A stretch of 64,000 nucleotides of DNA from Gemmatimonadota bacterium (GCA_034521595.1 JAXHMG010000003.1:1280001-1344000); one strand, 5' to 3'; shown: positions 10,183-20,497, counted from the stretch's first letter. The notes: a model not told the origin generated them from the letters alone. Translations and numbers: made by a program.

Positions 10183-10964
10183 GCATCCTCCAAGCTCTCG
10201 CGGTCGAAGGTGACTTCATCGAGGCGGTGGACGACGATGTCGGCCCCGGCATCTTCGAGATCTTCGCCACCGTCGGGGTCCCGCGCTACACCGACGACGT
10301 AACGGAACCCGCCCCGACGACCCGCCTCCACGCCCGAGCGCGCATCCTCGAAGACCGCGGCGCGGTCGGGCTCCACGTCCAACCGACGGGCGGTCTCCAG
10401 AAAGAGATCGGGCGCCGGCTTGCCTTCGAGCGGCACCGTCTGGAGGGCACGACCATCGACGGAGGTGTCGAAGAACGGAGCGAGTCCCGCGGCGTCGAGC
10501 ACGTCCGTCGCGTTCCGGCTGGATGACACCATGCCGATGCGGAGCCCGACCGCGCTCGCCCGGCGCAGCAGAGCCTCGGCATCCGGGAAGGGGGCCACGC
10601 CCTCGGTGTCGAGAAGCGCGTGGTAGTACCGATCCTTCAGCTTTCCGAGGCCCCACGACGTATCCGATCCGGCCGTGTCGTCCTCGCTTCCCCTGGGACG
10701 TGCGACGCCCCGGGATCCGAGGAAGCTCTCCAGCCCGTCCAAACGCGACTTTCCGTCCACGTATCGCCGGTAGTGCTCCTCGGTGAACGGCTCACCGAGG
10801 TCGTCCTCGAACAGGCGCTTCCACGCCCGAAAGTGGAGCCCCGCCGTTTCCGTCAGCACCCCGTCGAGGTCGAAGATCAGCGCGTCGATCCCGTCCAGTC
10901 GGACGGTCATGACGCGCGAGGCCGCAGCGTCATTGCTACCTTGATCGGAAGAAGCACCAGACAT
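10179..10964 (-). CDS. HAD hydrolase, beta-phosphoglucomutase family
   Basis: Motifs FDLDGVLT, SSSRNA, GKPAPDLF, VFEDARSGVEAG. 4-bp overlap with the GH65 start. An alternative start (MTVRL) lies about 54 nt downstream. Confidence 0.88.
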   Translation of the reverse strand: MSGASSDQGSNDAAASRVMTVRLDGIDALIFDLDGVLTETAGLHFRAWKRLFEDDLGEPFTEEHYRRYVDGKSRLDGLESFLGSRGVARPRGSEDDTAGSDTSWGLGKLKDRYYHALLDTEGVAPFPDAEALLRRASAVGLRIGMVSSSRNATDVLDAAGLAPFFDTSVDGRALQTVPLEGKPAPDLFLETARRLDVEPDRAAVFEDARSGVEAGRRGGFRYVVGVARDPDGGEDLEDAGADIVVHRLDEVTFDRESLEDA

Positions 10965-10994
10965 CTCGCCTCCGGATGGAAAAGATACCGCGAC

Positions 10995-11822
10995 ATGAGC
11001 CCCTCCTCTTCAATTCGAAGTCTCCCGTCCGCGCTCGCGCGTCAGGACGAGATCGCCGAGCGGATGGCCGGGAGGACGCCGGTGGTCTTCCTCGACTACG
11101 ACGGCACGCTCACACCGATCGTGGACGATCCCGCGAAAGCGACCCTGCCACCCGGGACCCGCGACGCCATCGATCATCTGAAGACGCGTTGCTCCGTAGC
11201 GATCATCAGCGGCCGAACCCTCGACGAGGTACGCGAGATGGTCGGGGTCGAGCGTATCCACTACGTCGGCAGTCACGGATTCGAGATCCGCGACCCGGAC
11301 GGTACCCTGCACCACAAGGGCGAAGAGTACCTGCCGGCTCTGGCACGGAGCGCCGAGCGGTTGGAGCGCCGATTGGAGGATATCCGGGGCACATGGGTCG
11401 AGCGCAAGGGCTTCGCGGTCGCCGTCCACTATCGAAGGCTCGAAGACCCGGAACAGGAACCGCTGGTGGCGGCGGCGGTGGACCGCACCGCCCGGGAGGA
11501 GCCGAGCCTGCGCAAGACCTCCGGAAAGAAGGTCCACGAGTTGCGGCCGGGCATGGAGTGGGACAAGGGCAAGGCGCTCCTGTGGGTGCTCGACGTGCTC
11601 GGAGCCGACGCTGACGGGCATATCCCCCTGTACATCGGCGACGACCTCACGGACGAGGACGCGTTTCGTGCTCTCGCGGACCGCGGCATCGGAATCGTCG
11701 TGGAGGGGGAAGACGACCGGGACACCGTCGCCGACTACTCCTTGTCGGATCCGGACGCGGTGCGTCGGTTCCTCGAGGCGTTGGCCGCGCTCCGGGACGA
11801 CGCCTCGTCGGACCGGCCGTGA
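10995..11822 (+). CDS. otsB: Trehalose-6-phosphate phosphatase
   Basis: Motifs FLDYDGTLTPIV, ISGR, GSHG, WDKGKAL, YIGDDLTDEDAF. Confidence 0.92.
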   Translation: MSPSSSIRSLPSALARQDEIAERMAGRTPVVFLDYDGTLTPIVDDPAKATLPPGTRDAIDHLKTRCSVAIISGRTLDEVREMVGVERIHYVGSHGFEIRDPDGTLHHKGEEYLPALARSAERLERRLEDIRGTWVERKGFAVAVHYRRLEDPEQEPLVAAAVDRTAREEPSLRKTSGKKVHELRPGMEWDKGKALLWVLDVLGADADGHIPLYIGDDLTDEDAFRALADRGIGIVVEGEDDRDTVADYSLSDPDAVRRFLEALAALRDDASSDRP

Positions 11823-14482
11823 AGGAGCGCGACCGGAAAGCGTGAGAGCGCGCGAGCGAGCGGGAGATGGCCCTCGGATTCCGGCATCGCCACCGCGCGA
11901 CCCGTGATCGCGTCTCGCCAAGCCCGAGGCGCGTCCTCCGGAAGCTCGAGCGTCGTGTCCCGCCAGATCTCCTCGCCCAAAGGGAAGCGCCCGGGCGCGG
12001 TCAGGCCGGCCGGAAGCCGAGGAGCCACCGCCAACACCCACGCTCCACCGAGGTGCCGGAGGAACGCGATCACATGGTCGGCGGCGTGGCCCGAAACGTT
12101 CACGGGTCGGTAGCCCCCGTCACGGAAGAGGGTATCGTGCAGGCCCCGGAAGCGGAGCCCCCGCCATGTCAGCAGGAGCTTGACCCGTCCGTCGGTCCAA
12201 CCGTCGAGCATCTCGCGAAGGTGTTCGTCCGCGACGCGGTCCGGCTCCCCGCTCCCGCTCGTGCGAGAGCGGAGCTCCTCGAGGAGCGCGCGGCGACGCT
12301 CCCAGTCGACCGGCCCGCGGTTGTCCGGATCGACCATGCGGAGACGCCAGAGCTCTTCTCCCTGGAAGAAGTCCGGGACCCCCGGTGCGGCGAGCTTGAC
12401 GAGCAGCCGGCTCAGCGAGTTCAACGCGCCGTGGAACGCGGTCCTGGTCTGGAACTCCACGAAGTCGTCCAGGAACGGATGGTCGCGGCCGGGATCCAAG
12501 ATCCGGCGCATGAAGCCGATGAGCGCCTCTTCGTGGCGGGGACGCGGATCGTACCAGTCGGTGTGAACCTTGGCTTCCCGCGCGGCCTTCCGGAGGAAGG
12601 TCGCGAGCCGCTCCTCGAGTTCGGGCGTCACGCCCCCTTCGAACGGCCACACCCCGATGAGCGTCTGGTAGAGAAACCACTCTTCGTTCGGTGTGGGCAC
12701 GAGCCTGCGACCCACTCGCTCACGAAGGTCGTCGTTCCACGCATGCCACTGCTCCACCCGCTCACCCCATTCGTCCGCCAGCTCCGCGAGGACATGGATG
12801 CGCGCACGCATGTCCTCGCTCCTCTTCGTGTCATGGGTCGACGTGGTGTTGAGGGTCCGGGGCCACCGGCCGCCACGGAACGCGAGGACGTCGTGGAACG
12901 CGGACACGCCTCTCGCCGGCACGCCGGGGTCGGCCCCTACCTCGTTCGACGACGTGAGGACGTTGTACGTGTAGAAGGTGGTGTCCTCGAGACCTTTCGC
13001 CATCACGGCGCTCGTGAGCTGCTGCCAACGCTCCACGAGCTCGACGTTCGCGCTTCCCCCCGCCTCGAGTGCGAACAGGCTCCTGAGGACGGCGAACGCC
13101 CCCGCCGGCAGGTCTCTCCGACGTCTCCGCGCTCGATCGACGGCCTCGCGCATCGGGGCCACCTCCCGCGCCGTCGCGGGTGGTCCATTCACGTAGGTGC
13201 GGTAGCCCCGAAGCTGTACCGTGACCTCGGTGAGCGCAGCCTCGACTTCCGACCGCGCCAGGTCGCGGCCCCATACGTGCCCATGCACCAGCGGAAGCGC
13301 GAGGTCCACGAGCCGTTCGAGGTCCCGGCGGAAATGCATCCGGATGGCCTTACGCTTGTTCCTTCGGGCCTCTTCGTGGAATTCGGCGGCGGACCCGGTG
13401 AACGAGCGATAGCGCTCTCGGAGCCGCGCCGCCCCATCCGCACCGACCAGGACACCGTCCGCGGCTGCGATGAAGTCGTAGCCCGTGGTCCCGTCAGCCT
13501 CCCACGACTCGGGAAGGCTCTCTTCCGGAGCCAGGATCTTCTCGACCAGGAGCGCGACCTCCCCCTCTCCACGACCGGCACGCTCCACGAGCTCGCGCAA
13601 GCGTGCCAGGTATCCCTCGGGATCGGCCAGGCCGTCGACGTGGTCCACGCGCAGCCCGCCGATGGGAAGGCGTTCCAGCAATTCGGCCAGGAAGGCGTGC
13701 CAGTCCCGGAAGACCTCGCTCCGCTCCATCCGCAGGGCGACGAGGTGGGCGATGTCGAAGAAGCGCCGGTAGTTCACCTCCTCCGGAGCGGTCCGCCAAT
13801 GGACGAGCCAGTAGGGTTGGGCGACGAGCATGCGGTCGAGCGCAGCACGGCCCTCCGGGTCGGTTCCGGCCCGGTTCAGCGACGCGACGGCCGCCTCCGC
13901 CTCCTCGTCACTCGTGCCGCCGGGACGCGACAGCACGGGATGGGCCGACACGTCGAGCGGCAACACGTGGTCATAGTACCGCAGCAGGTATCCGCTCGGG
14001 CCCCGGACCACCTCGAGCTCTCCCGCTTCCAGGACCCGGTGGTAGCGCCGTCCGAGGATCGGCAGGATGACCTTCCCGCGCGTCGGCGGCTCGTGTTGAT
14101 CCCAATCCACGTCGAAGAAGGCGCCGTAGCCGGAAGCAGGCCCGTCTTCCAACACGCTCCACCAGCGTCCGTTCTCGTGGCTGAGCGCCATGTGGTTCGG
14201 CACGATATCCAGAATCAAGGACATCCGCGACGCGCGGCACGCGGAGCCGAGCCGCTCCAGGCCTTCCAAGCCTCCGAGCCCGGCATCGATGCGTCCCGGA
14301 TCCACCACGTCGTACCCGTGCCCGCTCCCGCTCCTCGACTGGAAGACGGGAGACAGATACAGCGTGGACACGCCCAGGTCCCGAAGGTACGTCGTCAGGG
14401 CTTGAACGCCCGCGAACCCGCCCGTCGCGGCCACCTGAATCCGGTAGCTCCCGGCAGCGGAGGACGGAGCGCTTCGGCTCAC
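11735..14482 (-). CDS. treY: Malto-oligosyltrehalose synthase (GH13)
   Basis: GTG start overlaps the upstream stop (GTGA). Motifs SYRIQ, HGYDVVD, DIVPNHM, NYRRFFDI, GLRVDHVDGL, STHDTKRSED, VDPDNR. Confidence 0.93.
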   Translation of the reverse strand: MSRSAPSSAAGSYRIQVAATGGFAGVQALTTYLRDLGVSTLYLSPVFQSRSGSGHGYDVVDPGRIDAGLGGLEGLERLGSACRASRMSLILDIVPNHMALSHENGRWWSVLEDGPASGYGAFFDVDWDQHEPPTRGKVILPILGRRYHRVLEAGELEVVRGPSGYLLRYYDHVLPLDVSAHPVLSRPGGTSDEEAEAAVASLNRAGTDPEGRAALDRMLVAQPYWLVHWRTAPEEVNYRRFFDIAHLVALRMERSEVFRDWHAFLAELLERLPIGGLRVDHVDGLADPEGYLARLRELVERAGRGEGEVALLVEKILAPEESLPESWEADGTTGYDFIAAADGVLVGADGAARLRERYRSFTGSAAEFHEEARRNKRKAIRMHFRRDLERLVDLALPLVHGHVWGRDLARSEVEAALTEVTVQLRGYRTYVNGPPATAREVAPMREAVDRARRRRRDLPAGAFAVLRSLFALEAGGSANVELVERWQQLTSAVMAKGLEDTTFYTYNVLTSSNEVGADPGVPARGVSAFHDVLAFRGGRWPRTLNTTSTHDTKRSEDMRARIHVLAELADEWGERVEQWHAWNDDLRERVGRRLVPTPNEEWFLYQTLIGVWPFEGGVTPELEERLATFLRKAAREAKVHTDWYDPRPRHEEALIGFMRRILDPGRDHPFLDDFVEFQTRTAFHGALNSLSRLLVKLAAPGVPDFFQGEELWRLRMVDPDNRGPVDWERRRALLEELRSRTSGSGEPDRVADEHLREMLDGWTDGRVKLLLTWRGLRFRGLHDTLFRDGGYRPVNVSGHAADHVIAFLRHLGGAWVLAVAPRLPAGLTAPGRFPLGEEIWRDTTLELPEDAPRAWRDAITGRAVAMPESEGHLPLARALSRFPVALLHGRSDEASSRSAANASRNRRTASGSDKE

Positions 14483-16956
14483 GTCACGGCCACCGACAGC
14501 ATCTCGCCGGTCTGCCGGAACAGATCGATCCATCGTCGCGCCTGGGCATCACCCTCCTCGGCCGCGGCGACGCGCGCGCCATAGCCGTTCCGGAGCACCC
14601 GGAAGAAGGTGTTCTGAGCTCCCCAGAGATCGGCTTTGAAGTCCAGGCTTCCCATCAACTCGACACCCCGCTTGAGGTTCTCGAGCCTCTCGAGCTGATC
14701 GGGTTCCTCGGCCATGTGATCCGCCAATCTCGCCAGAGCCTTGCCGACCGCGTGGTGGAGCTCGTCGTGCTCGAGGTGCACGCCGCGCTCCTCGACCTCG
14801 GCGCACAAGGCCGCCATGTGGTCGAGGTCGGGCGGATCGCGCCTGAGGGTCGCATCCATACGTCTGTTGAGCACGGACCGCGCCGCGGTCTGAAAGACAC
14901 CGGGCGGCGGCACGCCCAGCTCCGCCGCGAAGCGCATGAGCGAGGCGGACTTTTCGTACAGGTCCTCGAGCACGACCTCCGCCTCTCGCACCGAGGACTC
15001 CATGATCTGCTCGAGCACCTCTTCTTGCTCGTCCGGGAAGAGGGCCCGGAGCGAATCGATCGATACATGATACTCCTGGTCCAGCACCCGGACCATCTTC
15101 GCGAGCTCACCCCGCTCGAAGGCCTCCTCGAGCTGCTGCCGCGCGGCCCGGGCGCTCCGGGTGCCCTGGAAGCCACGAACACCCCCGATCACGTGGTGAT
15201 CACCCGTATACACGGCTGCATACGAGAGGTGGGCCGACTCGTGCGTCACCACCGACCGGAAGTGCGCCCAACCCGCCAGCACGCGAGACCGGTCGGCTTC
15301 CGCGGTGCTCTCGTCTCGGTCGCTCACCCGGTAACAATGGACCTCGGCCTCGTCTCCTTCGTAGCTCTTGAAGAGCGAGCGAAGCACGTAGTGGGCCGCC
15401 ACCTCGGGAAGGTCGACCCGTTCCGGTCGAACCTCCTTCTCGTACAGGACCCGCCCGTTCTGTTTCGCCTGAATGTTGCTGCGCGCGTGCTCCAGCTCCG
15501 AGAGGAAGCCGCTTTCCACGGACTCTCCGAACAGATCTTCGGCGAGTTGGATCACCCTCCCCGCGTAGCGCAGGACCTGCACGGTCTCGATGCCGGAGAT
15601 ATCGGCGAAGAACCAGCCACAGCTCGTGTACATGAGCATGGCGTGTCGCTGAAGCTCGAGAAGCTTGAGCGCCCGGACCTTCTCGGCATCGCCGAGCTCG
15701 CCCGCCGCATGCTCGGACAGGAACGACTCCACATTCCCCGGGCTGCGGTCCAGAACCACCCGGATATACTGGTCCCGGGCATCCCACGGATCCGCGAGAA
15801 GCTCCCCCGCGGCTTCCTCGAAGCGTGGGTCGAGCTCTTCACGCAGCCCGTCCAACGCCTTCCGGAGAGGCGCCCTCCAAGCCTGGTTCCAGCTCGCCGG
15901 TGCGCCCGTGCTGCACCCGCAATCGCTACGCCAACGCTCGACCCCGTGCACACAGCTCCACGAGGAGCCCTCGATGATCTTCGCCTCCCATCGCGGGGCA
16001 TGGCGCTCGAGGAAATGGGCATAGTTGGTGACTTCGACCCCTTCCTCTTCCTCCAGCTTCGCGAGCGCGTAGGACAGCGCCAGCTCTCCGTAGACATGGT
16101 GATGGCCGAACGTCTCCCCGTCCGTCGCGATGTGTACCAGGCGCGGCTCGTCCGCGTCCTCGCCGTGGATCCCCAGGAGACGCTCCGCCAGCCGCTCACC
16201 GTTTCTCGCCAGCTCCTCGAAGGCCACGGCGCGGGAGATGGGCCCGTCGTAGAAGAACACCGCGATCGTGCGTCCGGACGGGAGGTTCACCAGGTACGGA
16301 CGCGACGGATCCACGTGGCCTCCGGACACGTCTTGCCAGGAGGCGTCCCCCGCGCCCTCGGCGTCCTCGCCCTCGTGCGCGGTCGCGTCGTCGCCGTTCA
16401 ACGGACGGACAGCCGCCGCCTGTCGAGGGGCGAGCACGGTGAACGCGATCCCGTGCTCCGCCAGTGCTTCCAACGTGTCCAGATCCACGGCGGTCTCGGG
16501 AAGCCACATGCCCTCCGGATCCCGCTCGAACCGCTTCTGGAAGTCCTTGATCCCCCAACGGACCTGCGTGCGTTTGTCCCGGGGGCTGGCCAGAGGCATG
16601 ATCATGTGCCCGTACGCCTGCGCCATGGCGGATCCGTGCCCGTCGAACCGCTCCCGGCTCGCCCGGTCGGCCTCCAGGATCGCCCCGTAGGTGAATCGCG
16701 TGTTTTCCTCCATCCACGACAGCAACGTAGGGCCGAAATTGAACGACATCCGGCTGTAGTTGCTCACGATGTCGGTGATCCTCGAGTCCTCGTCGAAGAG
16801 CCGAGACGCAGCGTTCGGCGCATAACACTCGGCCGTGACCCGCTGGTTCCAGTCGTGGTGGGGATGCGCCGAATCCTGCCGCTCCACGGTCTCGAGCCAC
16901 GGGTTCTCCCGTGGCGGTTGGTAGAAGTGACCGTGAATGCAGATATGGCGGGTCAT
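14479..16956 (-). CDS. GH57-family protein with DUF3536 domain
   Basis: Motifs IHGHFYQPPRENPW, GMWLPETAVD, ATDGETFGHH, WSCVHGVERW, MYTSCGWFF. Confidence 0.9.
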   Translation of the reverse strand: MTRHICIHGHFYQPPRENPWLETVERQDSAHPHHDWNQRVTAECYAPNAASRLFDEDSRITDIVSNYSRMSFNFGPTLLSWMEENTRFTYGAILEADRASRERFDGHGSAMAQAYGHMIMPLASPRDKRTQVRWGIKDFQKRFERDPEGMWLPETAVDLDTLEALAEHGIAFTVLAPRQAAAVRPLNGDDATAHEGEDAEGAGDASWQDVSGGHVDPSRPYLVNLPSGRTIAVFFYDGPISRAVAFEELARNGERLAERLLGIHGEDADEPRLVHIATDGETFGHHHVYGELALSYALAKLEEEEGVEVTNYAHFLERHAPRWEAKIIEGSSWSCVHGVERWRSDCGCSTGAPASWNQAWRAPLRKALDGLREELDPRFEEAAGELLADPWDARDQYIRVVLDRSPGNVESFLSEHAAGELGDAEKVRALKLLELQRHAMLMYTSCGWFFADISGIETVQVLRYAGRVIQLAEDLFGESVESGFLSELEHARSNIQAKQNGRVLYEKEVRPERVDLPEVAAHYVLRSLFKSYEGDEAEVHCYRVSDRDESTAEADRSRVLAGWAHFRSVVTHESAHLSYAAVYTGDHHVIGGVRGFQGTRSARAARQQLEEAFERGELAKMVRVLDQEYHVSIDSLRALFPDEQEEVLEQIMESSVREAEVVLEDLYEKSASLMRFAAELGVPPPGVFQTAARSVLNRRMDATLRRDPPDLDHMAALCAEVEERGVHLEHDELHHAVGKALARLADHMAEEPDQLERLENLKRGVELMGSLDFKADLWGAQNTFFRVLRNGYGARVAAAEEGDAQARRWIDLFRQTGEMLSVAVT

Positions 16957-17040
16957 GCGGACGCTCCCGTCGATGTGGGTCCGAGCTACTCGAGTGGGAA
17001 CCGTCCCGGAGGGATTATGGGGTCCGGGTCCCGGCCGTCT

Positions 17041-17556
17041 TCAGGCGCCCGAAGTCGGTTCCATGAGCGCGACGAGCCGCCGCCCCTCGATCGCTTTCGA
17101 ACGCTGCTCGATGCGCCCCACGTCCGACAGGCTCTCGAGCATGCGGTCGAGGGTCTCCACACCGACATCGGCCTGACGGAGCTCGCGGCCCCGGAAGCGG
17201 AGCACGACGCGCACGGCGTTTCCTTCTTCGAGAAAGCGGCGCGCCCGCTTGCTCTTCACCTCGAAGTCGTGGTCGTCCGTCCGCGGGCGGAGCTGGATCT
17301 CCTTGAGCTCGACGGTGTGTTGCTTCTTCCGAGCTTCCCGCTGCTTCTTCTGTCGCTCGTAGCGCTCCTTCCCCCAATCCATCAGCCGGACCACGGGAGG
17401 CCTCGCGTTCGCCGCGACTTCGACCAGGTCGAGCTCTTCCTCCGCGGCCCGCTCCTTCGCGGCGTCCAGCGACACGACGCCGACCTGTTCCCCGTCCTTG
17501 CCGACCAGGCGCACGGGGCTGATTCGGATGTTCTCGTTCACTCTCGGGTTGTCGAT
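17041..17556 (-). CDS. infC: Translation initiation factor IF-3 (orphan copy; probable ATC start)
   Basis: Motifs RVNENIR..VRLV, LDLVEVA...PPVV, LKEIQLRP..DDHDF, RFRGRE. AGGAG lies 7 nt upstream of an in-frame ATC at 17556. Confidence 0.92.
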   Translation of the reverse strand: MDNPRVNENIRISPVRLVGKDGEQVGVVSLDAAKERAAEEELDLVEVAANARPPVVRLMDWGKERYERQKKQREARKKQHTVELKEIQLRPRTDDHDFEVKSKRARRFLEEGNAVRVVLRFRGRELRQADVGVETLDRMLESLSDVGRIEQRSKAIEGRRLVALMEPTSGA

Positions 17557-17683
17557 ACGGCTTCTCCTGATTGGAGGATCGAAGGGATGACGAGCGCGGG
17601 GACGACACGGCCGCCACGGCCGTTAATATCGCATTCGAGGCCGAAAGGTCCCAGCGCAGCTCACGGATGCGGCCGCCCCAAGC

Positions 17684-18310
17684 CTATCGGAGCTGGATCT
17701 TCCGCACCAGGAGGCCCGTGGTCGAGACGCGAACTTCGAAGCGCGCGGGACTCGCGACATCGATATACGTGGCGGAGCCGTATTCGGCATCGAGCAGAAA
17801 GCGCAGCCAGGTGTGGCGTCGGGCCAAATCGAACAGGTCGACCGGCTTTTCCGTCTTCAATGAGTGCACGGTTCTCGGCATCGCACGCTCGTCCTCGACG
17901 TCCACGTACCGCCCCGTCAGCCGGTCGAGCTCGTACTGGGTGTGATGCCCCAGCACGTTGCCCAGGTAGTGCCATTTCAGGATATGCGCATCGACCAACA
18001 CCTGGTCGCCCCGGACGTGAAGCGTCGTGTCACGGCCGTCCGGAAACTCCAGGAACGCTTGGAACTCGCGGGGTCCCGTGGGCACGGTGGTGACCGTGAC
18101 GGCCAGTTCCTCCTGCGTGAGGCCCCGGTACCCCTGCGTGGCCACTCCCAACGTGGCCGCGAGGGCGCCCAGCGCCAGGAACAGCACGCCTCCGCCCGAC
18201 TGTGCCAAGCTCCCCATCCACCGGCGCCTCCGGACCGCTCGGGCGCCGAGCACCAGAAAGACGAGGCCCACGCCGGCGAACCCGAGCGCGATACCTGCCA
18301 GAATCTCCAT
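17684..18310 (-). CDS. Hypothetical membrane protein (two N-terminal transmembrane helices plus a soluble domain)
   Basis: Start MEILAGIAL with GAGG upstream, two hydrophobic segments, coding-like codon pattern. Confidence 0.7.
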   Translation of the reverse strand: MEILAGIALGFAGVGLVFLVLGARAVRRRRWMGSLAQSGGGVLFLALGALAATLGVATQGYRGLTQEELAVTVTTVPTGPREFQAFLEFPDGRDTTLHVRGDQVLVDAHILKWHYLGNVLGHHTQYELDRLTGRYVDVEDERAMPRTVHSLKTEKPVDLFDLARRHTWLRFLLDAEYGSATYIDVASPARFEVRVSTTGLLVRKIQLR

Positions 18311-18528
18311 GGATGACACCTCATCTTGGGGCTCGTCGAGCCGGACGCGACCGGGAAAGGGGTGGGCCGATCGCCGCGCGGACCACGCGGACAACGTGGC
18401 GGCTCCCCGCCCCGCGGGCCAGCGGCCCCCGGGGCCGGACTGTGCAGGCGTGAGCCACCCGGACGTCTCAGGGGTATCGGGGTTCGGACCCGACCGGCTT
18501 CATTGGCCCACCACAGCACGGAGCACAC

Positions 18529-20367
18529 ATGCGACCACCCCACCGCCTCCGGACGCTCCAGGCCATCTTCGGTGGGCCGCTGCTGGCGCTGCTCCTGCTT
18601 CCCGCCGCCGGCGCGGCGCAGACGAGCCCCGCCGACTCCGCGGAGATCGTGGACGAGATGCGCGAGATGCAGGAGGACTTCGAGCGCTTCCGCGAGAGCC
18701 GGATCCCCGTGGAGGTCGATCGCACCGCGGCCAGTTGCGACGAGCGCATCGGTCGCATCTGCATCTGGTTCGGCGGGGACGACGAGGCGGACATCCCCGG
18801 TGAGCTCCGGGAGGTCCGGCAGGCACGGGTGGAGCTCATCCGTGCGCTCGCGGACGCTTCCGACCGCGTCGCCGACCCGTGGGTGCTCGGCCAACGCGTG
18901 CACTACCTGGTGGAAAACCGCGACATGGGCGAAGCCGAGCGCGTGGCGATCGAGTGCGGGATCGCGGAGACGTGGTGGTGCTCCGCCCTGCTCGGCTACG
19001 TCTACCACGTCTGGACCCGCTACATCGAGTCGGAGCGGGCATTCCGGGAGGCGCTCGCCGCCATGCCGGGGCCGGTCCGCGAGGAGTGGACGACCCCCCG
19101 TTACGTCTTCACCTCCGACGGCGTGGAGGCCTTCCGCGACGCTCCGCTCGCGGAGCGCGAGCGGCAGTGGGAGCTCCTCTGGCGTCTCTCCGACCCGCTC
19201 TTCCTGTTCGAGGGCAACGACCGACTCACCGACCACTACGCGCGCCTCGTGGTGGCCGAGAACCGAAGGGACGCCGCGCACCCCCAGGACCTCGAGTGGG
19301 ACGACGACCTCGAGGAGTCGCTGGTCCGGTACGGGCGGAACACCGGATACAGCCGGACGCACGATCCCGCGCGCGCGTCCAGCCCAGTCCAGGACACGCG
19401 GCGGGTGGTCGGACACCACCACCCCATGAGCCGCGGGTACCTTTTTCCCGAGACGTTTCTGGCCTCGCCGTCGGACATTCCGCCCGAGAGCTGGATCACC
19501 GCGCCCCGGGAGGCCCGCACCTGGTACGCTCCACCCTACGCCCCCGACATCCGGGGGCTCGAGACCCAGGTCGGGCGCTTCCGGCGGGGCGACGAGATGC
19601 TCGTGGTCGGCGCCTACCGGCCGACCGTCGAGGGCCCGTCCGGACGCGCCGTTCCCGCGTGGGAGGCGGCCGGCGCCGCCGAGGAGCCCGCGGGAGCCGC
19701 GCTCTTCCTGGTGCCGGAGGACGGAGGGGAGATGGTGTACGTCCAGGGCGACGACCCCGAGGGCGTCCTGGCCATGCAGGCCGAGCCCGGCCGGTACGTG
19801 AGCAGCCTCGAGGTGGTGAACCCCGAGCGACGTCGGGCTTGGCGAGCGCGTCAGGGCGTGGCCCAACAGCCGCTCGCGCCGGGGCTGGTCGGCGTGTCCG
19901 ACCTGATGCTCCTCCGCGAGGACGCGCCCCTGCCCGAGTCGCTCGCCGAAGCGATCCCGAACGTGCGGCCCGGCATCCGCGTGCGCGCCGGGGAGCGGTT
20001 CCCCGTGATCTGGGAGGTCTACGGGCTCGCCGTGCGCGAGCCCGTACGGGTCACGATCGGGTTCAGTGGCGGGCGCCCGGGTTTTCTGGAGCGCGTGGGG
20101 GCGTTCCTCGGCGTGATCGAGCCGGAGCGCAACATCGACATCACCTTCGACGAGACCGGTCCCGAGGACCGGGTCCAATCGGTCTTCCGGTCCATCGAGC
20201 TCGAGCTGCCCGAGCTGGAGCCGGGGGAGTACACCCTGCACCTACGTCTCGAGCTGTCGGGACGCGACCCCGTCGTGACGAGCCGGCCGATCGTGGTCGT
20301 GGCCGCGCTGCCGGGCCTCGAGGGCGTGGCGGACCGGTCTCTTGCAGGGGGGCGAGCCGCCGGCTAG
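18529..20367 (+). CDS. Secreted hypothetical protein, loosely GWxTD-domain-like
   Basis: Signal peptide (LLALLLLPAAGAAQ). Helical N-terminal half with LWRLSDP...HYAR...SLVRYG and a beta-rich C-terminal half. Confidence 0.7.
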   Translation: MRPPHRLRTLQAIFGGPLLALLLLPAAGAAQTSPADSAEIVDEMREMQEDFERFRESRIPVEVDRTAASCDERIGRICIWFGGDDEADIPGELREVRQARVELIRALADASDRVADPWVLGQRVHYLVENRDMGEAERVAIECGIAETWWCSALLGYVYHVWTRYIESERAFREALAAMPGPVREEWTTPRYVFTSDGVEAFRDAPLAERERQWELLWRLSDPLFLFEGNDRLTDHYARLVVAENRRDAAHPQDLEWDDDLEESLVRYGRNTGYSRTHDPARASSPVQDTRRVVGHHHPMSRGYLFPETFLASPSDIPPESWITAPREARTWYAPPYAPDIRGLETQVGRFRRGDEMLVVGAYRPTVEGPSGRAVPAWEAAGAAEEPAGAALFLVPEDGGEMVYVQGDDPEGVLAMQAEPGRYVSSLEVVNPERRRAWRARQGVAQQPLAPGLVGVSDLMLLREDAPLPESLAEAIPNVRPGIRVRAGERFPVIWEVYGLAVREPVRVTIGFSGGRPGFLERVGAFLGVIEPERNIDITFDETGPEDRVQSVFRSIELELPELEPGEYTLHLRLELSGRDPVVTSRPIVVVAALPGLEGVADRSLAGGRAAG

Positions 20368-20497
20368 GATGACTTGAAGGCTGAGGCCGCCGTGGCGGCG
20401 CTCGACATTGGGGAGGTCGACCCCTCCCGCGCTCGACACGGGCCTCCGAGTCCGGTATCTGGTCAGGTGCCGGCCGCACTCGTGCAGGGAGGTGCAC

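Noticed and set aside
8209-18093. Long + strand ORFs (697, 905 and 1125 aa)
   Set aside because: Antisense shadows of GH65, treY and GH57, expected in high-GC DNA. No family motifs.
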